A program made the position numbers and the translations under genes. Of a stretch of DNA of 64,000 bases, positions 12,916-23,565 are shown one piece after another. The stretch lies in the NCBI RefSeq assembly GCF_963506605.1, contig NC_083276.1:47740001-47804000 (forward strand), written 5' to 3'. Under the pieces are notes generated by a model that had not been told where the DNA came from, searched no databases, and saw only the letters and a program-made list of their open reading frames with translations. Each line of letters starts with the position of its first letter. Within the stretch, counting starts at the first letter, position 1. Origin of the DNA: Zootoca vivipara. Lineage: Eukaryota.

Positions 12916-13939
12916 CTTCCGGCTTCAAAATGCAAACAAAAGATTAGAACTCATCAGATCCTATTCTGAAATCATATTTGTCAAACATTCACTTACAATG
13001 CACTTCCTAAAATGAGAGATGGAAATCTACAGAAAGATTATGTCTTTCCCTACACAAAGTTAGAATGTCTAGCAGGACAGACATCTAACACTAATACATT
13101 TGATTGTCCACATAAACAAACAAAACAAAAAACACTTTTATAAAATACTGTAACAAGAATAGCAATTGTCTTGTTTGCTCATTGAAAATCCGTCAAAACA
13201 TTTGCAGGTAAAGAGGTGAGAGTGAAAACAGGAAAGTGGAAACTGCAGCTGACTAGCCTTCCCTCAGGCCTAACAATAGCAAGTTGAGAGACTAAGCTTA
13301 TCTTGAGTGGAAATACAGGGGACAGTATGGGTGCAACGGAAGCTATAATGGGGTTAAATCTTTGTGAGGATATGGAGATCTCTGAGGGGGGGTGGGGCTG
13401 AGCCAGAGCCAGAGAGGGTTAGCAAATTCTGCATTAAGATGAGCAAAACCTTTTAGCCCAGCAAGAATTATTCCTGCAGGTTAAAAAAAACCAAAGTCAT
13501 CTAGTGGACTCATTAATAAACCAGGGCTCATTTATTATAGCTGAACAGTTCTTATGGTGCCACATCTGACTTAACTGCTCTGTGGGAAACTTTCCACTGC
13601 CAAATAAACTTTACCCAGCTAATCTATGATGAATCAAGCCCCCCTTGATCATGCAACTTGCTCTAATTCACATTTCAGTTTCTTAAAGAAGTACCTTGAC
13701 AGGCACTACTATTCAAGTATCAAGCTTAAAAGTATCTGGTCTAGGTACCTTCACGCAGAATTACGCCCCACCAAGCAAGCTCAGTAGAGCTGACTCCAAA
13801 GAGGGCAAATGAATGTAGCGCTGACGTTCCGTGGCTGCTTTTTATACTTGACAACTTTGCTAAAAGGTTACTCTCATCACGTGGGCAACTGTTAATTTAA
13901 AAGCCTGGATATATTTAAATAACCACCCGCAACAATCTA

Positions 13940-14450
13940 CTAGTGCCTTCCTTGCTCGTCTCGGCAAGCGAGCTGCCATGCCCATCTCATCTGAACTGCT
14001 CCGCCTAAGTACCCTCGGCAGGAGGCTCTCCTGCGTCCTCCTCCGAGTCTCGTCTCACCCAGCGGACTTTTCCCTTTCGCCCCCACCCTCCCCATACTTC
14101 CCCCCGGCATGTAAAGGCAGCGCAGGCAGGGAACCAGCACCTCGTGCCTCGCATAAGACCCACCTGGAAGAGAGGTCCAACCACCAGTAGAATATACATT
14201 CGCCTCGCCTCAGCAGCTTATCCTACTGTCATCGGCGCTACCTGCACTCCCAGAAAGAATAAAGTCCTGTTGCCGCGGCCATGTTGAAAAGCTAATCAGG
14301 TGATCGAAACGGCAGGCGGAACAACCGGCTTATTGGACAAGGGGGACGCCATCTTTCTCTAGGGCAAGGAAGCCCAACAGTTGCCATCTCTCAAGCGGGC
14401 AAAAATATCACGTGTCTGGAAAGGCAGGCGCTCGTGGACCGCATAACGTA
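13940..14450. promoter_or_regulatory. CpG-rich promoter and probable non-coding exon 1 of ZFYVE26, possibly bidirectional with the galectin-like gene
   Basis: Local CpG enrichment; YY1-type motifs (CAACATGGCCGC on - strand ~14275-14286; CGCCATCTT ~14347); E-box CACGTG at 14409; candidate - strand donor CAG|GTAGCG ~14241. Confidence 0.7.
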
Positions 14451-15148
14451 CAATTTATTTACTCATTTTTTTTTAAAAAAAATGTATTCATCCGAAGATC
14501 ACGTTCTCCCTCATCCTCTCTAGTTCGGTTGGCTGGGATCTACCCAGATTTACCATACAGTCCTCCTTTATTCCACTAGCTGGCCGGATCCCTAGCTTTC
14601 GTTATAAAAAATAAAATAAGCTAATGTCCCATCAGGCAAAATGTGCTGGCCTTCCGAGCCATTCTTCTTTTTTTAAAAAAAGCTACTGTAGCCTACTGTC
14701 ATATTTTAATGTTGCTAGCCAATGAAGCAAGTGATAGCTGTGACTGACATTTAAGAAAGCAGAGCATACAGGCGAGGGTCCTTAACGGAGAAATGATGTT
14801 GACTTTTTATAGTGTTTATTATTAGAGCTTCTAATAGCAAATAACTTGTTAGGTCAATGAAGACTGCAATCTCTCTTACCTGGGAGTAAGTCCTGAAGAA
14901 TTGAGTGTTACTTGCTTTTGACTGTACATGTATAGGATTGTGATGTGTAGGGTGAAAAAACTTGTTATATTTTCATTTCATTGGTGCCATTCAGCCTTAT
15001 TGTCAGTCTTAGTGCTGTTCAACAGAATGAATTTCATGTACAGTACTCACAGGCATTATTTATTTATACTGTACACTATTCCATTATGTGTGACAAGTGT
15101 TATGTATTGAAGTTCTCACCCTGGGCCAGCAGGGGGATAGTTTATATA

Positions 15149-15330
15149 CCGTATATTCCGGCCTATAAGACGACTGGGCGTATAAGATGACCCCCAACTT
15201 TTCCAGTTAAAATATAGAGTTTGGGATATACTCACTGTATAAGAAATACGACCCGACGTATAAGACGACCCCTGACTTTTGAGAAGATTTTCCTGGGTTA
15301 AAAAGTAGTCTTATACGCAGGAATATACTG
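15149..15330. mobile_element. Tc1/mariner-type MITE
   Basis: TA|CCGTATATTCC...GGAATATACTG|TA; repeated TATAAGACGAC motifs. Confidence 0.8.
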
Positions 15331-15366
15331 TAGTTTTCACTCAGGTCTTCGTTAGTTAGTTTAGGC

Positions 15367-15502
15367 CAGGCATCCCCAAACTTCGGCCCTCCAGATGTTT
15401 TGGACTACAATTCCCATCATCCCTGACCACTGGTCCTGTTAGCTAGGGATCATGGGAGTTGCAGGCCAAAACATCTGGAGGGCTGCAGTTTCAGGATGCC
15501 TG
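15367..15502. mobile_element. Palindromic hAT MITE
   Basis: Perfect 8-bp TSD GTTTAGGC. Confidence 0.9.
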
Positions 15503-15512
15503 GTTTAGGCAG

Positions 15513-16001
15513 TGTCAGGGGGACTCCCTACAGGGAGCCTCCCCCCATCATCCTGACTAGCGACAGCGCTAGTAGCGGGTCAGGGGGAAGCGGAATGGAA
15601 GGGGGAAGGCTCAGCGAGGCATCAGAGTCCTGGCAACGCTGTGGAGAACAGACGGTGGAAGAAGGGTTCAGCGACGTATCGGAGCCCCTGCACCACTCTG
15701 ACCATCTAGGAGAGGAGGCGTCAGGGAAGTGTCGGAGCCCAGGCACCGTCCTAGCCAGCAAGGGGAAGAAGGAACACTGCTCCACGCACCCAAACGCAGG
15801 GTGAAGGGGCGGCGTATCGGGGTGCCCAGGTTATTATGCCCGCCCCAAAGCTGGCGGATGCCATTGCCGGGTTCTGAGAGTGACTAAGCGGTCATGTTTT
15901 CTGTTATCTCTGCACTGTAAATAGCATGCACAATAAAACCTTTAAAGACACAACGGACTGGAGCGTCTTTACTCAGGAGTAGCTGCAACAACTCCCTGGC
16001 A
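15513..16001 (+). mobile_element. Solo LTR (Gypsy-like, 489 bp)
   Basis: TGTCAGGG...CCCTGGCA termini, 5-bp TSD GGCAG, AATAAA at ~15932. Confidence 0.8.
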
Positions 16002-16540
16002 GGCAGGAAACCCTGGGTGGTTGTTGTTGTTGTTGTTGTTACAATGTTACAATAATGTCAGCCGGCTGCCTATAAAAGCAGGCCGGCTGAGCTACCAGTT
16101 AGTCTGTTCCAGCTTATGAATAAAGAACTGCTTGAAGAAATTGCTGTGTCGTCTGCTGGTCTACCCACTATTAAACAACTGTGGTACAAGTATATCCTCT
16201 ATTATATGTGTATAAAAACTGTTGTTGTTCTTGCACCTCTTAAGCCAGTCTTTGAAACTTACTGGTTGATCAATGGCAAAATGAACAAATCCCCCTATTC
16301 CCAAAGCATTATGTCAAATATTCTTCCCTCTAACTCTGTCTGGCATCCATCTGAAGATGTTGACTGTTGTGTGACTCAGCTATGTGCATGGGTGGTGTCT
16401 AACTGGTGTTTGCTAGAGATAATGTTCCCCACGACATCCTCTATTCTGGCTCTTTTGTTTGTTTTGCTTATAGGCAGGAAAAGAACAAAACTTTTTCCAT
16501 AGACTTCTAAGAAGGCCTGAGTGTAACAGGCCAAAAAAAG

Positions 16541-16567
16541 ATGACGGAAAATGAAAAGTGCACAACT
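16541..16567 (+). CDS. Galectin-related protein (LGALSL-like), candidate start exon MTENEKCTT
   Basis: aagATGa context, phase-0 donor |GTAAGT; strong acceptor ttttgtttgttttgcttatag at 16473 upstream; joins in frame to the exon at 20431. Confidence 0.6.
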
Positions 16568-16936
16568 GTAAGTATTAAAAAAACCTACTTTCTACTTTCT
16601 TGCAAGCCTATTTATTTGTGCAAGTATGTAAAGAGGAAGCGGCGAAAGAGTTTTTATTTAACTTATTCATTTTAAAGTTACGGTATATCTCTTTGAATCC
16701 TGGGGGGGGGGGGGAGAGAACCAGACATGGCATTGGCCTGCCAGTGCTAATCCCGTAAATGTCTTAGTTGACTGTAGCATCCACATTGTTCAGACAGAGT
16801 GCTATTAAGTGCTTCTGATGCACTGAAATCAGAAGCAGAAAAAAAGAAAAAAGAGGGCTCAGAAAGTGGGAGGCCAGACAAACTGAACTAGTCTGTTCCC
16901 CTCTGCGAGTACAGCAGCATATATTTCCCCCACTTA

Positions 16937-17290
16937 AAGGTAAAGGTAAAGGGACCCCTGACCATTAGGTCCAGTCGTGACCGACTCTGGGGTTGCGCGC
17001 TCATCTCGCATTATTGGCCGAGGGAGCCAGCGTATAGCTTCCAGGTCATGTGGCCAGCATGACAAAGCCGCTTCTGGTAAACCAGAGCAGCACATGGAAA
17101 CGCCGTTTACCTTCCCGCTGTAGCGGTTCCTATTTATCTACTTGCATTTTGACGTGCTTTCGAACTGCTAGGTTGGCAGGAGCTGGGACCAAGCAACAGG
17201 AGCTCACCCCATCACAGGGATTCGAACCGCCGACCTTCTGATCAGCAAGCCCTAGGCTCAGTGGTTTAATCACAACGCCACCTGGGTCCC
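16937..17290 (-). mobile_element. Sauria SINE, full length
   Basis: GGGACCCAGGTGGCG head, (ACCTTT)n tail, 14-bp TSD ATTTCCCCCACTTA. Confidence 0.93.
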
Positions 17291-18962
17291 TCATTTCCCC
17301 CACTTACCATACTGTAAATAGGCCAAGGGATTCTCTAACCATCTTAAGTGACTATGTTTGAAACTGTTTTAAGTCCGTTTTTATTTTTCATTTTTAAAAA
17401 AATCATTCATACACTTGCCACCTTGGCAGGAAGGTCAGGATATAAATTCTCTGAACTGCACTGCAGGGTTGTAGTAAACTACCCTCTTCCACCCTCTCGG
17501 CAATGGAACTGCTGCCAACCATGAAATTATTACCGGTACAGTAGTTGTGAGATAACATTATTGTTTTAGATGTTTGAAACTGTTTTAAGCCCATTTTTAT
17601 TTTTCATTTTAAAAAAATCATTCATACACTTGCCATCTTGGCAGGGAGGGCAGGATATAAAATTAATAATAATAAATTCCCACGTAATGCAGTGAGACTT
17701 ACTTCTGAGTAAACCCATTGAGAACCAGGCTGCACAAGAAAAGCTACTGCAAAGTCCTTTTATGGATGGCATTTTAAGATTAAGATTCTATAGAAATAAC
17801 TGGTTAAATTGAAAATGGGAAATGTTTTGCAACTGTGAGGCTTTAGCATAACCAATGACGGTCATGAAAACGTTTCTTTTTTCAAATGCGTATCAAGTAA
17901 CCACATCCATCCTTGCGGATGGCAGGGCCAGGAATCAATCTAGATTGAAAGCAGCATGCTAAGGACAAGCATGAACAATTCCAGACTAAGAAAACACTAT
18001 ATTTTTATGCTACAAATGGCTTAGTGTTTGTGCAGCCATTGTGGTGCAGTGCAGAATCAATCTGCAAGCAGCTTTTATTTTTGGAATGAAGCCAGTTCCA
18101 ATAAGTACTTTTCAGAAGCAAATAGTAGATCTGGATTGTTTGTGTACTATGTAGAGAAAAACAAGCACTCAGTCTCCTTTAATTCTAGAATAAAATGTCA
18201 TGTGTGCACAGCTTAAGAGTCATCCAGTACATTCTTGTACTGGCAGTTCATAATTGCTCTGGGAGGTGTTTGGACACACAGTTCAAACATTCCAGATTAC
18301 ATTCCATTCTGTGATCAGTGCTTTTTCATTGTCTAGCAAGTATTCATGCGATAGGTCTCCTCACTCCATCTCTCCACAAGACTAGAGGGAAAGAGGGGGA
18401 AAATTCAAAGTTATGCCTGAATTTGAGATTAGTAGTTTTGTCCTCGGTGTATTCAAGCAGGTTTCAATGAAGGATTGCTATGCCTGTAGTGAGCAAGGGG
18501 TGTGACCCTCCAGATGTTGGACTCAGGAGCTCCCATCACTTGCAGCCAGCATAGCCAATGGTCATTTTAATATATCAACATCTGGAGGGCCACAGGTGCA
18601 TCATCCCTGCTGAGTAGCCATCTCTCTTAAACAGGATTTGGCAGTGGGTGCGGGGTGGGAGGAGATTGTAATGTTTCAAAAACTGGCAAAGTATTTACAA
18701 CCAGAGACAATGCTTCAGAATAGTTCTGAAATAAGAGGCATATTGTTATGTGTCACCCCAATCTCTGAGTGGTGAGAAATTCCAGGAATTCCAGTGCTTA
18801 CCTAGGGTTCAGCTTTCTTGAAATGAAAGTCAGTGGAGACTACACTTTCTTTAGGATCAGGGGAAGCATTTCCCGTTTCATCACTTGAGTCCTCCCCTGC
18901 AGTTTTATCCTCACAAAAGCCCTTTGACGTAGCTTAGGAAGAGAGAGATGGGTCATCTAGTG

Positions 18963-19336
18963 CAGCGTTTCTCAACCGCTGTTCCGTGGCACACTAGTGT
19001 GCCGCAAGACGCTGGCTGGTGTGCCGCGACATGCGGCGACGAGAAGGGCGATTTGCATTGTCATGTGCCTGGCGGCCGCCAATAAAAAACGCTGACCCGC
19101 CGGAAAGCAATATTTCTCCTACTCTTTCCCAAAGCTCAGTGCAAACGAGCCTGGCGGCCGGCAATACTCAGCACTGACCCGCCGGAAAGCAATATTTGGC
19201 AAGTGTTTCTTACAGTCATAATTATAATATAGGGCGACACAGAGTTAAATTTTTTAACCTTTTTAATGGTGGTGTGCCTCGTGATTTTTTTCACGGAACA
19301 AGTGTGCCGTGGCCCAAAAAAGGTTGAGAAACACTG
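18963..19336. mobile_element. hAT (Charlie-like) non-autonomous element
   Basis: CAGCGTTTCTCAACC...GGTTGAGAAACACTG TIRs; perfect TSD ATCTAGTG. Confidence 0.9.
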
Positions 19337-19372
19337 ATCTAGTGAGCTTCAGAGCTGAGGATTTGACTCCGG

Positions 19373-19544
19373 GGCTGTGTATACACCATACATTTGAAGC
19401 ACTTAGCTTCCCTTCTCAATAATACTGGGAACTATAGTTTACCTCTCACAGAACCACAATTTCCAGCACCCTTAATAAACTACAGTTCCTAGATTCTTTG
19501 AGGGGAAGTCATGTGCTTTAAATATATGTTGTGTGTATACAGCC
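19373..19544. mobile_element. Palindromic MITE (possibly PIF/Harbinger-like)
   Basis: GGCTGTGTATACAC...GTGTATACAGCC termini; related degenerate copy ~27890-28065. Confidence 0.55.
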
Positions 19545-20077
19545 ACAGGTCTCCATTTCCAGTCCGACATTCATTGTATTACACTGGCTGTTCACTACAC
19601 ATTTATTAAGTCTAGAGTAACCCAAGTGTGAAACGAGGGCACTCAACCTTTTGGGGCTTGAGGGTACATTTGGAACTGTTGGAGGTACCATAAATATCCA
19701 TTTCACAGAAGAAAAACAGGTGATGCTCACTGACCCCCATAACATGCAAAACACCTAGTCCTCGCAAAAAAAAACACCCAGATAAAACCGAGACAAAAAA
19801 AGCAGGCAATCTTTCTAAAAGTCAGTTCCCCAACCAACCAAAAGCCTAAAAAACTACTTTAAAAAATTGAGAGGGGTCAGGGCCTTGACAAGTGCCAAGG
19901 GGGCTGTCTGAAAATGAAATGCTTTGATGAGGCAGTGCAATCCTCAGCAAGACCTACAGTCCAAGGTAGCAATCTTGTGTACGTTTATCTGGGTGTAACC
20001 CTCAGTGAACTCCAGTTAAAAGGTTTGAGCTTCACATCCATTTTCCTTTCTCCTACAGGGTGGCTCTTTGGATGAAA

Positions 20078-20230
20078 GGCTGTAGCTCAGTTGTAGGTAG
20101 AGCACTTCCTCTGCATGCATAAGGTCCCAGGGTCAAACCCCAGCATCTCCAGAGAGGACTGGGAATGTCCCCGTCTGAAACCCTAGAGAGCCACTGCCAG
20201 TCACATTATTCCAGTACCAACCAAGATGGA
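20078..20230 (+). mobile_element. tRNA-derived SINE (Squam3-like)
   Basis: GGCTGTAGCTCAGT...GGTCAAACCCCAGCATCTCC head with non-tRNA body. Confidence 0.7.
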
Positions 20231-20430
20231 CCAATAGTCTGACTTGGTATAAGACAGATTTCTATGTAGTTGTTTTTAATGCAGAGCTTAAAAGACAGGT
20301 CCACCTAGTCCTAGGAAGAAAACTCCTGTGTACATATACTGTTAGTAATAGATAAATATGCAAATTTGTATTTTATTGTACAGGTGTCGTTTTCAAACAC
20401 ATATTCAGAATTATTGTTTCCCCCCATTAG

Positions 20431-20519
20431 GTGGAGAAATACGTCGGTGAGATTAAAGGAGGACTAAGGCCAACCATGAAAATCACTATCATGGGGGTAA
20501 TATGCCCTGCCCCCAAGAG
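20431..20519 (+). CDS. Galectin-related protein, CRD exon 1 (89 nt), GC donor
   Basis: VEKYVGEIKGGLRPTMKITIMGVICPAPK resembles LGALSL GHIKGGMRPGKKVLVMGIV; donor AG|GCAAGT. Confidence 0.88.
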
Positions 20520-21797
20520 GCAAGTGTGTCAGCTGGCATTCTAGCAGCTGCTTCATGGATGTATCTGGCGAAAATTGCTTATAGGTGCAGATCTATTGAG
20601 GGATAGCATTAGCTGGGTAAAAAGGGAGAGATCGCATTGTCATCTTTATTTAAGATTACAATATGGAGGACATCAGAGGAGCACTCAACATAATTCACTA
20701 TTTCTGCACTGTAGCTCAGCAGAGCATAACTGACCATTCTTAGCTCACACATCCAGACACTAGTCTCTTCCCATTCTAACATTCTATGATTCCATAATTA
20801 AGTCTCCTGTGAACCCAAAGTAATCACTCAGAAAGGTGGCTGCCTGCTGGAACTCTGCATGCTCCTTCCAATTCGCCTTCACTGGGGGTGGGCAATCCTG
20901 CTGACCCATCTCTGCTTCAGTTGTGGTTGGAGCACTGAATCATCCTGATTAATGTCAGAATTGCCTCTACCGTCACCAAGGCTCTCTATTGCCTCTCTGC
21001 ATGAGCCAGTGCTGTGTGCTTCCATCCTTCCCATTGGGAGGGCAGGGGAAAGGGGTCATGACACTTCTGATGCAAAGATGGAGGAGAAATAGCTGTTCCC
21101 AGAGGAGGCATTTCCAGAATGATGCCCCATGCACAGGGCCAGCCCTACCAGTAGGCAGAAAGCGGGAACCCAACTGTTCCTTCTGTACCCCCCAGCTGTT
21201 TCCTTTGTTGCTGTTTAGTCCTGCCGGTTCCCTCTAATCTGGCCTGCTGCTTTATGTGCAGTGCAAGAAGCTATCCCATCACCCCTGGTGCTGAAGGAAA
21301 ATTAATCTGCATGTCTGGTCAGGTGTTTAAAATTTGCTTGAGTAGCCACACACAATGCATCGTTGCCTCATATATCTGTGCTGTTTCTTACAGAGCACTA
21401 TGATGATGTCACACTATAAAGGCAGGCTGTGTGTCATATCTGATGTATGTTTCTGGACAGCTCTCAAAAGGCTTTTTCAGGGTCTAGGCCAGTGCAGTTT
21501 AGCTACTTTTCTCCAATTGCAGCTGGAGGTAAGCATTTAATGCAGGGTTGGAGAGCCTGTGGCCCTCTAGAGACATTGCTGGGCTCCCACCAACCCCAGT
21601 CTGCATGGCCCATGGTGAAGGATGGTGGGAGCTGCAGTCCAACAGCATTTGGAGGGCCACAGGTTTCACATCCTTAGACTAGGCCATACTTACCCTGGAA
21701 ACAAATATGACATTATAATGCCACAGCATGTGATAAATGAGCTCACTATCATGTTAGATTGCTGAATCGTTACTTATCACATGTTCATTCCTTCAAG

Positions 21798-21972
21798 TTT
21801 TTCAGTGACTTTGCTCTGTGATCCCATGGATGCCAGTCTGGACATTGGGCTGTTGCTTGCGGTCAGCTTTCTTGAGAAATCCATTGTCCGGAATTCACGG
21901 ATTGCTGGGAAATGGGGTAAAGAGGAAAAGACCATTCCCTACTTCCCATTTACAGCAGGGGAGTCATTTAAG
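21798..21972 (+). CDS. Galectin-related protein, CRD exon 2 (175 nt)
   Basis: FSVTLLCDPMDASLDIGLLLAVSFLEKSIVRNSRIAGKWGKEEKTIPYFPFTAGESFK; RNS...WG.EE...PYFPF galectin signature. Confidence 0.93.
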
Positions 21973-22007
21973 GTAATTTTACTTGATAGTATGGGAGATA
22001 GATATGT

Positions 22008-22010
<3 letters not shown>

Positions 22011-22060
<50 letters not shown>
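22011..22060. repeat. (TA)n microsatellite
   Basis: Seen directly. Confidence 0.97.
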
Positions 22061-22065
<5 letters not shown>

Positions 22066-22488
22066 CCTAAGATCTTCTGGCCCAGTGTGGTCTCTTTTGA
22101 CTGACAGCAGCTCTCCAAGGCTTTGGGCAGATTTTCTTTTTCAACTGTTCAGATCATCTAACTATAGGTGCTTGGAACTAAAGTTGTGGTCGTGTTTGTA
22201 ATAAACATGTCCTTTGTTTGCTCCATCTGTATTTACAGGATCAAAGGAAGACCATTTATTTATTTATAAAGATATTTCTAGGCTGTCAAGTCATAATAAA
22301 ATATGGTTGTCATTTAAGTGGATCTTCCAGTGTAATGTTTTCAATTCATTTTCAAAAGCATCTATACATAATCAAATCCCATTGAAATCAATAAGCTTGC
22401 GACTCATTATTTTGTGGGTGCCCAACTTTATTGGGATTGATGTCAGGCTCTGCCCCTGCCACCCATGGATCTCCTTTGTTTTTTTCAG

Positions 22489-22632
22489 ATGGAGCTCTTG
22501 TGCGAGCATCAGCAGATTCGGGTCTTGCTCGATGGACGTCAGCTCTGCAGTTTCACTCATCGTGTGCAGCCTATGCAAAGGGTGACAGCTTTACAAATCT
22601 CCGGAGACTTCAGGCTCACCAAAGTGGCTTGA
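22489..22632 (+). CDS. Galectin-related protein, last exon (144 nt incl. TGA)
   Basis: MELLCEHQQIRVLLDGRQLCSFTHRVQPMQRVTALQISGDFRLTKVA* resembles [33 protein letters not shown]...INGDLQITKLG. Confidence 0.93.
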   Translation: MELLCEHQQIRVLLDGRQLCSFTHRVQPMQRVTALQISGDFRLTKVA

Positions 22633-23429
22633 AGAAAAGAATATATAATATATAATCCCCTATCTCCCCTTGGTTGTTGAAGAAATGTTCTCCCTATGCC
22701 GTTGGATGTTGTTCATTACTTTTGCTCTTATGTGTGCTTCTTGAGATTTTAAATGAAGGCTGTGCTCTATAAATAGCCCTATTATACCTTGATAAGTTGC
22801 AGCAATATATTTCAATGTGCATTGTTTTACAGCTGCAGCAGCACTTTTGTCACATCACCGGCTTAAAACTCAGATTCTTTTTCTCAATTCAGATTGAAGC
22901 TGGTTTGAGGGGAAATGCATCAAAACACAGTGTTTCATAAGAAATGACAGGGTAGATATGAAGCGTAGCTATCGTCATGTGTACACTATTTCCTAAACCA
23001 GCAATGGGAGGATGTAGAATTAATGAGACTATGTACACAGCCTATGATAAGCTACCATATGTTAAAAGGCAGCACATATGTAGTTGTACTTTTTCCTAGC
23101 TGTATATCATCTGATCCGAAGCATTTCTGGTGTGGACAGTCATGCAACGACAACATGAAGAAAACAATGTGGTGAGAAAAAGGAGCATTCCTAATAAAGC
23201 AGTCCCTATTCCACATCGTGTGCATGCCCCCAACATAAGGGTGGATCAGACTGGGAATACAGGACTTTACATGCACCTTTTGCCTAACAGTTGGATTTAA
23301 GAAGCCAGTATACAGAATTTGTATGAATTAGCCTCAAGGTGCAGCTCTCATCAAGCTTTCCTTTGTGAAGGGGGATGGTGAACATGGACTATCGCTCTCA
23401 TTATCCCTGACCATTGGTTATGCCACTAC

Positions 23430-23565
23430 CAGGCATAGGCAAACTCAGCCCTCCAGATGTTTTGGGACTACAACTCCCATCATCCCTAGCTAACAGGACC
23501 AGTGGTCAGGGGTGATGGGAGTTGTATTCCCAAAACATCTGGAGGGCCGAGTTTGCCTGTGCCTG
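23430..23565. mobile_element. Palindromic hAT MITE nested in an older related element
   Basis: CAGGCATAGGCAAACT...AGTTTGCCTGTGCCTG. Confidence 0.85.

Noticed and set aside
20078-20155. tRNA-like sequence (also ~3600-3672, ~6968-7040, ~10250-10325)
   Set aside because: Degenerate cloverleaf followed by a shared body sequence; these are SINE heads, not tRNA genes
21805-21806. Alternative acceptor ttttcag in the galectin-like exon
   Set aside because: Would shift the frame; the acceptor ending at 21797 preserves homology
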